DNA of 64,000 nucleotides from Cyanophora paradoxa CCMP329 (Eukaryota; Plantae; Glaucophyta): the NCBI GenBank assembly GCA_004431415.1, contig QPMI01000469.1, positions 124,001-188,000 on the forward strand, in the 5' to 3' direction. The position numbers were made by a program, and so were the translations under genes. Of this stretch, positions 49,841 through 60,711 are shown piece by piece. Position 1 is the first letter of the stretch, and each line of letters opens with the position of its first letter. A model generated the notes under the pieces. It did no database searches. It was not told the origin of the DNA and saw only the letters and a list, made by a program, of their open reading frames with translations.

Positions 49841-51322
49841 GGTGCTTTCTACATTGATGTACGACTAATAGAAAATGGAAGAAAAACGTTCGCCCCGCAC
49901 TCTTCTCAGAAATGATGGCTCGGTCGCTGGGGGGGGCATCGGCCGTCTTCCTAGAAAATGGAAGGGCAACCAAGCCTCTGCTCCGCGAATATGATAGCCA
50001 TCACGACTTTTAGAAAAAGGACGATAAACGAGCGCCCCGCACTCTTCTCGGAAATGATGGCTCGGTCGCTGGGTGGAGCATTGAGGCAAGCCGAGCCCCT
50101 GCCCCGGTTAATGGTGCTTTCTACCTTGATGAACAGCTATATATATATTGTAAGACTGCGTTGGCTTCTACATCGGCGAGGGAAAGCTCACTCGGCAGAC
50201 ACACAAAGCTATTGCCCTTATCATCTCCGAGCGATGGGCCGCCCTTGACGGGGACTTGCGCAAGGAGGTCAAGCTCTGCCAGCCAGCCATCAGTTTCTTC
50301 CGAATTTCAACTCGAAAGTGTCAACTTCGTCCGCGAAAATGGAAGGCCAGCCGAGCCCCTGCCCCGGTTTAGGGTGCTTTCTACATTGATGTACGACTAA
50401 TCGAAAATGGAAGAAAAACGTTCGCCCCGCACTCTTCTCAGAAATGATGGCTCGGTCGCTGGGGGGGGCATTGAGGCAAGCCGAGCCCCTGCCCGGTTAA
50501 TGGTGCTTTCTACCTTGATGAACAGCTATATATATATTGTAAAACTGCGTTGGCTTCTACATCGGCGAGGGAAAGCTCACTCGGCAGACACACAAAGCTA
50601 TTGCCCTTATCATCTCCGAGCGATGGGCCGCCCTTGACGGGGACTTGCGCAAGGAGGTCAAGCTCTGCCAGCCAGCCATCAGTTTCTTCCGAATTTCAAC
50701 TCGAAAGTGTCAACTTCGTCCGCGAAAATGGAAGGCCAGCCGAGCCCCTGCCCCGGTTTAGGGTGCTTTCTACATTGATGTACGACTAATCGAAAATGGA
50801 AGAAAAACGTTCGCCCCGCACTCTTCTCAGAAATGATGGCTCGGTCGCTGGGGGGGGCATTGAGGCAAGCCGAGCCCCTGCCCCGGTTAATGGTGCTTTC
50901 TACCTTGATGAACAGCTATATATATATTGTAAGACTGCGTTGGCTTCTACATCGGCGAGGGAAAGCTCACTCGGCAGACACACAAAGCTATTGCCCTTAT
51001 CATCTCCGAGCGATGGGCCGCCCTTGACGGGGACTTGCGCAAGGAGGTCAAGCTCTGCCAGCCAGCCATCAGTTTCTTCCGAATTTCAACTCGAAAGTGT
51101 CAACTTCGTCCGCGAAAATGGAAGGCCAGCCGAGCCCCTGCCCGGTTTAGGGTGCTTTCTACATTGATGTACGACTAATCGAAAATGGAAGAAAAACGTT
51201 CGCCCCGCACTCTTCTCAGAAATGATGGCTCGGTCGCTGGGTGGGCATTGAGGCAAGCCGAGCCCCTGCCCCGGTTAATGGTGCTTTCTACCTTGATGAA
51301 CAGCTATATATATATATTGTAA
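49620..51322 (+). repeat. Composite tandem array (~389-bp units) made of an LRR exon plus fragments related to the 157-bp repeat
   Basis: ACTGCGTTGGCTTCTACATCGGCGAGG occurs at ~49623, 50155, 50544 and 50934. Each unit also carries AATGGAAGGCCAG..GAGCC, TAGGGTGCTTTC and AAATGATGGCTCGGTC motifs shared with 53030-53830. Confidence 0.95.
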
Positions 51323-51927
51323 ATGTCAAAAGCACTCTAAAGCGAGGCTGGGACTAGTCTGACCCCCCCGCCCCCACCCCACCCCCGAGTTTCCGCGCCC
51401 CCGAGCGTGCACGTGAGCGTTGTTCAGCGTTTTTGGCACAAGAGATAGAGGAACAGATCTAGAGGCAGCAGCACGCTCACTTTCGCTTCGCCCGATCGCG
51501 GAGCTGCATTGGAAGTAAGTCTTAGTTACTCTACACGATCCTACGCGCTGCCGGCTTTCTACGGTTTCTACCGTCGCTGCCGGCTTTCAAATCGGTTTCA
51601 GTGTGTACCCCCCTAATCACTGTCGACTTCAACGCGTACGGGTCGTCCTTATCAACAGATGCAGCATGCACAACAGCACACATTCCGAGATTGCGCGGTC
51701 TGCACAACTCCCTAACGCGCTTCTCCCGTGCTCTTCTCCCTAACGCGCTTCTCCCGTGCACGCGCAGCGAACTCCAGAGGTGTCTTGCTCCGTCTGCGGC
51801 GTCACGAATTCGAACGCTGCGGTGCTGAAATGCGAGAGATGTGACGAAGGGTTCGCCCGCCAGGTTGACCGCGTACGCAGCTCTTTGTGACTGCGATCCG
51901 CGCGCAGGTTGTGTATTCGTTGCCTAG

Positions 51928-52853
51928 ATGAGCAGACTGGAGCGCGGGGACCTGCCAATCGTTGTCCTTTCGGGCTCCAGTTGGTTCAATATACTCCAAA
52001 CCGCCAGCGAGATCGGGCTCCATTTGGCACCATATACTCCAAACGCTTTGTGGATGAGTTTCCGCACGACGGACTCCCGGAAGGTTCCAATTCTTGTTAT
52101 ACGGTGCGGGCAGCAAAATATTTGCGGCAATGCTTCTTTTTGGCTGCATTTAACTTTCGTCTTGGTTAGGACTGCCATTTGGACTTCGCTGCAGCCCATC
52201 TTTTGAAGGATTTGATTGCGCACGGGGACGTCGCTCTTCTATGGGCGCTCTCTATCGATGATGCGCTTTCGATAATGGAAGCGCTCGCAAATCGAGACCC
52301 TGCAATCAGCCGCAGTGTCATTGACAACATCGGTGGAAAGTGGAAGCTATGTTTCTTGCCGATTGTAGTCTGGAAAGGCTTGTACGCATCCACAGCCTGG
52401 CAACACTGGTGTCTTCTCGTCTTCGACTTCCGTTCAAGGCGGATTCGCTGGTTTGACTCGCTGCAAGACCCGATTGAAAACGCATTGGAGACGTTGCTTG
52501 TGGATGCTTTCCGTGATTTTACAATCGTCGACGAAACAGACAAGATCGAGATTCGAAACAATGTCCTTCAAGACAAGCACGGATCCGATGCCGCTAGCCA
52601 CTGTGGTCCTTGGGTCTTGTTTTTCATGGAGTCTGTCGCACGAGAGGTCGACTTCAGGCCGGAGCGTGCTGTCTCCGACTGGAAACATTGCGAAGATTTG
52701 GAAGGTGATGATGATGAGCGCAAGTTCATGGACACGATGGCGGAGGAGTATAAAAAGGTGTTCGTTGAAAACGATCCTGGTACCGCGCCGTCCGGTCCGT
52801 CTTGCTTACGTTTTGGCATCAATGTGGGTTTTCATGCATTTCTTTTTATTTGA
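51928..52853 (+). CDS. SENP8/NEDP1-like C48 protease, copy 2 (diverged paralog of copy 1)
   Basis: DCHLDFAAAH...LCFLPIV...QHWCLLVFD...IRWFDSL...LQDKHGSDAASHCGPW. It has the same upstream exon (PFGT.Y.K.F.DE.P) and the same intron position as copy 1. Confidence 0.75.
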
Positions 52854-53029
52854 AAAGGTCTCTCGTTTGCGGACATTTTCAACATCTCAGGGCGAGACCA
52901 TTCATCATTTCATTTTCATTCTTTTTGATTCACAAAACGCAGTGATGACGAAGGGTGCTGAACAATCACGCAACATCGGGAGGCTGTATCACGTAGTCAT
53001 TCAAGGTTGATTACGAACAAAATAAACAT

Positions 53030-53830
53030 CAAACATGACTTGCATCTTGACTAACAGAAAAAGAAAGATAAATGTTCGCCCGGCACTCCTCCCCGGAAAT
53101 GATGGCTCGGTCACTGGGTCGGGCATCGGACCTCGTCCTCGAGAATGGAAGGCCAGACGAGCCTCTGCTCCGCTCTAGGGTGCTTTCGAACATGATTAGC
53201 ATCTGGACTAACAGAAAAAGAAAGATAAATGTTCGCCCGGCACTCCTCCCCGGAAATGATGGCTCGGTCACTGGGTGGGGCATCGGACCTCGTCCTCGAG
53301 AATGGAAGGCCAGACGAGCCTCTGCTCCGCTCTAGGGTGCTTTCGAACATGATTAGCATCTGGACTAACAGAAAAAGAAAGATAAATGTTCGCCCGGCAC
53401 TCCTCCCCGGAAATGATGGCTCGGTCACTGGGTGGGGCATCGGACCTCGTCCTCGAGAATGGAAGGCCAGACGAGCCTCTGCTCCGCTCTAGGGTGCTTT
53501 CGAACATGATTAGCATCTTGACTAACAGAAAAAGAAAGATAAATGTTCGCCCGGCACTCCTCCCGGAAATGATGGCTCGGTCACTGGGTGGGGCATCGGA
53601 CCTCGTCCTCGAGAATGGGAGGCCAGACGAGCCTCTGCTCCGCTCTAGGGTGCTTTCGAACATGATTAGCATCTTGAATAACAGAAAAAGAAAGATAAAT
53701 GTTCGCCCGGCACTCTTCCCCGGAAATGACGGTCACTGGGTGGCCTGGCCCAGTGGGGCATCGGACCTCGCCTTCGAGAATGGAAGGCCAGACGAGCCTC
53801 TGCCCCGCTTTAGGGTGCTTTCGACAAATA
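53030..53830 (+). repeat. Tandem array of about 5 x 157-bp units, candidate subterminal repeat
   Basis: AACAGAAAAAGAAAGATAAATGTTCGCCCGGCAC occurs at ~53053, 53210, 53367, 53524 and 53680. Confidence 0.97.
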
Positions 53831-56800
53831 TAAATATCAAGCGTGGCAGAGGTCTATTGGCTCCGGTGGTGAAAAACAGCACTTTGCAATTTCTACACCC
53901 GAACTACCAGAAACACAAGCTACATTTACCTCTATCTACCATAGGGAAACTACGCCGCCGCCGTCGCCCTGCAGCCGCGCCGTCGCCGCCGCCGCTCTAA
54001 TTGGTCGCCCTGATTATGCTGACGCCGGATCCGGAACGATTGCGACATCTAGATCGCTCTCCGGAACGATCGCGACATCTAGATCGCGACATCGAGTAAA
54101 ACGGCGAAGAGCTCGAGGTCGCACAATGTCATGTGGAGGGCCGTGCAGCTCGATAAAGACCTCCTTTAGCTTTTCGGAGTCCTGCACCAGCCTCGAGGCC
54201 GCTTGGCACGAGTAGCCGTTGGCCTCCGCCGTCCTTCGTCCTCACATGCATGCCGGAATCGACCATGCCGATTTTCACGTCGATGATCGTGTCGTCGAGG
54301 AAGTGAACGCGAGCTCCCGGAAACGGCAGCAAGTCAAGGCGAGTTGCAGACCATGACCTCTTCGAATAACTGCGCCGACGTCGACGATCGTTTCTGAAGT
54401 GCGCCGACAGCGCCAGGCTCCCGTCCTGCACGAACGGGGCTGCGCAGTTAATCGACTTTTCAGCTTGATATTGATAAGTAGATACGGATGAACGCACCCG
54501 GCCGGCCAGGTTCGCCCTCTAAGGCCTCCCGAACGAGCCTCGCGCCCTCACCCCCCTCGGTGACTTGGACGTAGGGCCCTCGGCGACCTGCAGCGGGCAA
54601 GAAGGACAAGGTGCCCTCGCCTGCCGCCGCGGATATTCAAAAGGACGCACCGATTGAAGAAATCAATCCAAGAAGAGGCAATGCCGGTGCACATCGTTTT
54701 GCTGAACCGCTGCAAGGGACGCCCGCGCGACGCGTACGTCGACGGAATTTCGTCAACGAACGAATCACCAAAGCAATTGAAGAGGACGGAGCTGTAGAGC
54801 TCGTGTTTTTTGTTGAGTATGTACAACTCGAACTCCCAACGACGGCAGCGGTTGCAGTACCTGGAAGTCCCTTTCGTTAAACTCTTGTACGTATACTCAA
54901 ATTCAAGGTCGAGCTTATACTACAGAAATTTCGCACCACTGAAGCTCCAACATGATCATGAGCTTCAGCCATTGCTGACCTTGAGCTGAGCTCGAGATGC
55001 TTACGTAGAGCTGAAGCTTGCTGAGCTCTTTGCACCATTGACATTTAACAATCGCCTCTGGAAAGGGGTCTGAAAAGGGGCCTCCGTATCCAGAAGAAGT
55101 GAAAGAAGTGGAAGACCGTAGTGTGACGTAGTGAGGATCTGCTTGCTTCATCAACACGCACTCCGAGGGCCCGTCTTCAAATCTCGATCAACCCGTCCTC
55201 GAGGAAGGCCGAGGAAGGCCGAGCAGCCCATCAGCGCCTGCCCTCCCCGAACCATGAGATCTTTGGCGTCAGATCTTTCAGAAGAACCGACATTCAAGGC
55301 GTGGCAGGTGGATGAGGGGACGCACCTCGAACCGGGGGAGACGCTCGCGCGCGGCAACGGGTGCGCGCCACCCCTTCTGCGCGCCGCAACTCTTCATGAT
55401 GATCTCGTCGCCTTCAAGCTTGCGGAATATGACATGATGATATCCTCGCCTTGCTGCTGTCAACAAGAGTTTGAAAGGTGTGCATCCGCGAGCGCGGCCG
55501 CCGCGCACCTGAAGATCCCGTCGAAGCCACGCAGTGGATTCAGCGTTGAAGCCCCGACGATCCCCAGTACTAGTGGCCCGCCGGCGTATCCCAGGGTTCG
55601 AAGCCGCAAAAAAAGTTCAGTTTGCAACATCTTTGTACTCCTTCTCCTATTACTCCGACCCTTCTCACACCGACCACGAGCGACCCACGGCGCACGGCCG
55701 CTTGAGCTTGCCCAGGCCCATAGCTTCGCTAGAACCGTTCTGCACATCAGCCGTAGCAATTCCGAAGCGCGGCACTTCAAATCCGTGCACCCGAGCCGAC
55801 CGACCCGGCCAATCCGGCCGGAGGTCTGTAGCTTGTCGACAGTACTAGAAGCAAGCTACTTAGTCAGGCGAAACGATTCCTGCGGTGCTCCGCCACGTGG
55901 CTCAAGACCGTCCGCTGGCTGTGGTCTTTCACCACTCCAGCGAGTCACCGGACGCAAGGCCGACCGTCGGCCGATGCGTGAACATGCAACTGAGAGATCC
56001 TAACCCTTATCAGCGCGTCCTGGTGCAGTCGGGCGGCAGCCCGGGCGAACCCCTCGGTGTAATAGGTGCGCGGACTCGGTGTAATAGTCATACACCCAGG
56101 GTGTAATAGGAATCCGACTCCCAGTGTCTGGCAGCCTTCAAGTGCATATCGAATTGAGTATACCAATGAGAGCGACAACTCAACCACTGGCCTGCGATTC
56201 ACAAGTTCCCCACTTACCAAACATGCTGGCACGACTGTTGGTAGCCCAGGCTGGACCACCCATGGAGCACACTCCACTCAGTGAGTTTGACTGTTCGCAC
56301 CGTAGACAATGCTGGCAGTTTGAGTCTGCCGTAGTACTAAACCGTTGAACGGAATTTTCTTCCAAGGGGAACATGGGTTAATCTACTATGTAGCAAATTT
56401 AAAGCTAGGCACCCCGGCCGCGGGCCCCGATGTCCGGTTTCATAGCCTAGTAGTCACTGAGTGTGCTGTGATCATGATCATGCCATGATGCCAGCCGCCA
56501 CTGAGGCACGGCCGTGATCATGACGCCGTCACGGCGTTTGCATCAGTGCTGTGACTCGCCGAGTCGGGTGCACCTAGGCCTGCACGTGCACGATGCACGA
56601 TGTGACTTGTGTATTTGAGCTGCGACTGTTGCCAGCCTGGTTTCCCACTGAGTCGAGCCACTCGTACCATGTACCCCAGTCAGTAGTCTCGCTGTACCCT
56701 CCGGGACCGCACCACGGCTCCCAATACAGCCCCACCACCCCTCGGGGCAATCCCGCGTGTAGCGCACGGGCTGGGAGCACAGCTGGGCAGCCACAGCACA

Positions 56801-56910
56801 GCAGAGCGGGCCAACAACACCAATAATACCCTCGCCGCGACAGCCGCTGGCCCCGTCGACGGACGCTGCGGACGTCGATGCGCCGGTGGAGAGTCCGTGG
56901 ATTCTACATG

Positions 56911-57147
56911 TCAGAATAGCTTAGATAGGTCCCCCGAGGGTCCCCATGTGCTCGGGCGTGGCGCCGAGTCGGCAGGAGCGCGTGGGCGGCGTGCGTGCAG
57001 AAGATGCGACTGGTCCTTCTGGGTACACGACTGAACAACGGGGGGGGTACTGACCCAACCCGCTACTAAGTACTAGCTACGCAACGACGTCAGCCCGTCT
57101 CAGCATGAATGATTGGCCAATGGCCCAGCCTAACTACTAAGGCAACA
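56911..57147 (-). repeat. 3' LTR (237 bp)
   Basis: Identical to 63646-63882; minus-strand termini TGTTGCC...TTCTGA. Confidence 0.95.
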
Positions 57148-57162
57148 GCTCCCTCGTCCCTA
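57148..57162 (-). other. Polypurine tract
   Basis: Minus-strand TAGGGACGAGGGAGC directly precedes the 3' LTR. Confidence 0.75.
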
Positions 57163-59539
57163 AGGACGCGTCCTCGCGGCCACACCGGGCGGCCATCCCG
57201 ACAGGCTTACGGGCCCCGAGGCCCTGCTGCAGCCTTGACAGAGCAAAACCGAGCAGCAGTGTACAGCCGCTACTCAGCCGCTCGCTGCGTGAAGGAAAAG
57301 TTTATTTTAGCGCGAGCAATGGCCATGGCCCCCTGGCCCGCGAATTCTCCAAGACTCGCCTCGTCTCAGGATACCGGCAGGGAATGAGGGGCCGCGTATC
57401 CCAGGGGAGCGCGCGTGCATGGTGCACCGCCTCAGAGACAGGGAGTATAATGCGTCACACTGGGGGATCTCAAATGCAATTGCAAGTCGAGCGGCCTCGC
57501 CGCAACCATGCAGGGGTACGTCAACGTCGTGACTCCGAGCGGCCTCGCCGCAGTCAGGCAGGGGGGTACATCGATATCAAGTCGTGTAGGGATACATGTA
57601 CAGCATAGAAGAATGATATCGATCATGATCGATCAGGGTGTCACCACGGTCTCCATGATTGAAGCCAGCATGTGTGCACACCTGGGTCGAGGCCAAGTGT
57701 ACGTGTGCCTCGTGCACGGTGCATCTCCAGGGTTATCGCAATTGGCAGTCGTGATCAGGCTCCAAAGCTCGTGATCATGATGTTGGTCATGAGTGCGGTG
57801 CAAGTGTATGTCAACATTAACGTGGCCGTGTTTGATCATGAGCTGCATGCGTACGCCAAGGAGCCCGAGGCTGCTGGGCAAGTGGAGATGTGCACATGCT
57901 GCAGCTGGTTTGCAATTGACGTCCAAGGACTTTCAGTAGCGCAAGCTCCAGCTGCAGTAGTACGGGGGCCAGCGGTGGGCCAAGGCAATGTACTTGTGGG
58001 GAACTGTAGACTAAGCTCAAGGTGGCCACGTGCACAGCCGCTGGACAGATGCAGGTTGCGGTTCCAGACGGATAACCAAGCGCCGGCAGCGTGGCCGGGG
58101 CCTGTAGCTGGTAGGGTCCGTGTACAATTGCAGTCTGCAGCTGCAGAGAGATAAAGTGTGATCTTGCAGTACAATGGCCGCCACGCCGTGTGATTGTGCC
58201 AGAGAGCAGGCTGCACACCGATGCAGCTCCCTCGTCCCTAAGACTGAAATCCGTCTGACCATGGCCATGGGGACTTGATCCGAATTCGAGACCATGTTGA
58301 CTCGGGTGCCGATTGTGTGATAGTGATTGTGAGAACCCTTGTGCAGCCATGATCTTGTTCGGGCTCATGACGATATCAGCTCGGCTTGCACTAGGTCATG
58401 CAATCCTTAGGGCATGGTCCCTCCCCTCACCATGTTGAAGGTTCGGCCTCCGAGCCGAAGTGGAAAGGACAAATCCATGCAAAGAATCGAATGTGAACGT
58501 GTACGAGCTTGATATCGCACGTCGGTAGTTTGAATTTGAGATGAGATAGCTCCGATCCCAAGCACAGTCAAGCAGTCGATGTCAGGATCCCCCGATCAGA
58601 TCAAGAGCTGAAATCAAACGTTCCCGATTGTCGCAAGCAGTCACTGAGTGCAGGTGCACGTACGCGTGGCTGCAGCTGGTCATGGCGCCGGAGTTATTTA
58701 ATTTCCGGGACGTGTGAATTATGTGGCGTGGTGTTGTTTGCTCAGCTGGTCACATCGACGTCAACGACGTGGTCGAGGGGTAGGGGTGGGCTTCATGCGC
58801 AGGCCAGGTGTCGGCGTCATGGTAGATCTAGAGGTCTGCCGTACGTGTGCTGCTGCAGCTGGCTGTCAAGGGCGGTACCAGTGTCTGATCATGATCTCGT
58901 GCCCATGGCCACATGCATATGTTTGTGCCCATATCGATATCCACTCCTGTGATCACGGGCGGGCCCATAGCTTCGACCTGCTGGGTCTCTGCCCGCGGCC
59001 CTGCTCGAGCTTGTCCTGATTGGAGCCCACGATCGTTGGGCCAGTTGCTGGCGTAATGTTGTTGATGTCCGTGTCAGGGCGTGCCAGCGTCGTGTGTTGT
59101 TGGCGTCGCACCGGCCGTGGCCGGGGCGGCAATGGCAACCGTGTGGTTTGAATACGTTTATACTGGGCTGCCAAACTCAACGTTCTCAAGGCTTGTTACG
59201 CCGACCGTGGCCGGGGCATGCGCAGCAACTGTGAGTGTCAGAGAAGGAGGAGTGTCAAAGTTGGCATGTTGTGGATGGTTGTCGCGGGACTCGTTGCGCC
59301 GACTGTATACGTGGCCGGGGCGGTGCACGTGGTCGTCGATGTCAAAGGCGACGTGTTCATGTTCGGGCCGTGTGAACGCTCCGTCTCCGTTCGGGGGCAC
59401 AAGCTCAGGGCTCAGAGGGTCTGGAGAGTTCACGGCAGGAGTGACGATCAGAGTCATATGCATGCGTCTTGGTCAAGAACGTTGATGGCAAAGCTCCTGT
59501 TAATTATGTTGTGTTTGATTTATGAGTAGCAGGTGCAAT

Positions 59540-60005
59540 CATGAGCTGCGGGTGGCACTGGTGCTGGCTTCGTGGCCAGGGCCAGTGTTGCTCCGGTGGC
59601 ACTGGTTCTGGCTTCGTGGCCAGGGCCAGTGTGGCTCCTGTAACTTAGTAAATTGTAGAGTGTTCTGGATGATCAGAGCTGATCATGATCATGATCATGG
59701 GCTGCAGGTGGCACTGGTGCTGGCTTCGTGGCCAGGGCCAGTGTGGCTCCTGTAAATTGTAGAGTGTTCTGGATGATCAGAGCTGATCATGATCATGCCA
59801 TGGGCTGCAGGTGGCACTGGTGCTGGCTTCGTGGCCAGGGCCAGTGTGGCTCCTGTAAATTGTAGAGTGTTCTGGATGGTCAGAGCTGATCATGATCATG
59901 ATCATGATCATGATCACGCCATGGGCTGCAGGTGGCACTGGTGCTGGCTTCGTGGCCAGGGCCAGTGTGACTCCTGTAACTTGTAAATTGTGAAGTGTTC
60001 TGGAT
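59540..60005. repeat. Internal tandem repeat (~110-135 bp, about 4 copies) with GATCAT hexamer runs
   Basis: GGTGGCACTGGTGCTGGCTTCGTGGCCAGGGCCAGTG recurs at about 59551, 59707, 59810 and 59931. Confidence 0.9.
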
Positions 60006-60229
60006 GAAAAGTGGATGGCTGTCGTCATGACATGTATGTCAACGTGTACTAGTATATGTAATGATCGCTGCGTTAGCGTTTGCGCTGTTACTGGACTCGC
60101 CGCCGAGGTTCAGTTGTTGGATTTGTTGCATGTAAGGTAGCAGGGTGCAGGCATCGTTGTTGTGCACGTGGTCAGGGCTTGTAGTATACATACTAATGTG
60201 ACTGTACACTTGATGGAGTTCCAGGTGGG

Positions 60230-60500
60230 CACACGGACGCCAGCATCGTGGCCGGGGTCTGCAACCCGCCTGTTGTAGGTGTAAAGGTAGTTGAAGAAGT
60301 ACTAGTTCCAGGAGCATGTGGGCACGCGGGCGCCAGCATCGTGGCTGGGGTCTGTGGTGCGCCTGTTGCGGTTGTAAAGGGAGTTGAAGAAGTACTAGTT
60401 CCAGGTGCATGTGCACGTGGGCAGTGGGCACGCGGGCGCCAGCATCGTGGCTGGGGTCTGCGGTGCGCCTGTTGCGGTTGTAAAGGCAGTTGAAGAAGTA
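60230..60500. repeat. Internal tandem repeat (~95-105 bp, 3 copies)
   Basis: GCCAGCATCGTGGC.GGGGTCTG...GTTGAAGAAGTAC occurs three times. Confidence 0.85.
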
Positions 60501-60711
60501 CGACGCTTGAAGGTACCGGGGTTGAAGTTAATCAAGGTCAAGATGTAAGGTAGGTGGACTGGCCATGGGAGGTACGGTGGAGTGCGGGGTTGCGGGGAAG
60601 GTGGGAGGTTGGTGCGGGCCGGGCTGTGCTGGGGTCGATGTGGCTGTTGCTGGGATAGGCATATCGCCGCAGTTCAGGTGCCAGGCCAACTCCTTATATT
60701 CATGGTCAAGT

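Larger units (their letters stand above)
1..53946. mobile_element. Putative giant CACTA/CMC-type cargo transposon or cluster of related elements; left end not in window
   Basis: CMC transposase; cargo of kinds known from DNA transposons (Ulp1 protease, F-box); broadly similar composition and intron style; 157-bp array at 53030-53830, then ...CTACCATAGGG (reverse complement CCCTATGG, fitting the 5'-CMC terminus rule); switch to GC-richer DNA after 53946. The boundaries are inferred. Confidence 0.45.

Noticed and set aside
1-53946. Endogenous giant virus, Polinton/virophage or Zisupton/KDZ element
   Set aside because: No capsid, packaging ATPase, PolB, integrase or KDZ transposase motifs were seen, and the only mobility gene recognised is CMC-type. 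Such genes outside the window cannot be excluded.
57150-60700. pol (protease, reverse transcriptase, integrase) ORF
   Set aside because: There is no long ORF and no recognisable protease, YxDD or integrase motifs in the translated ORFs.
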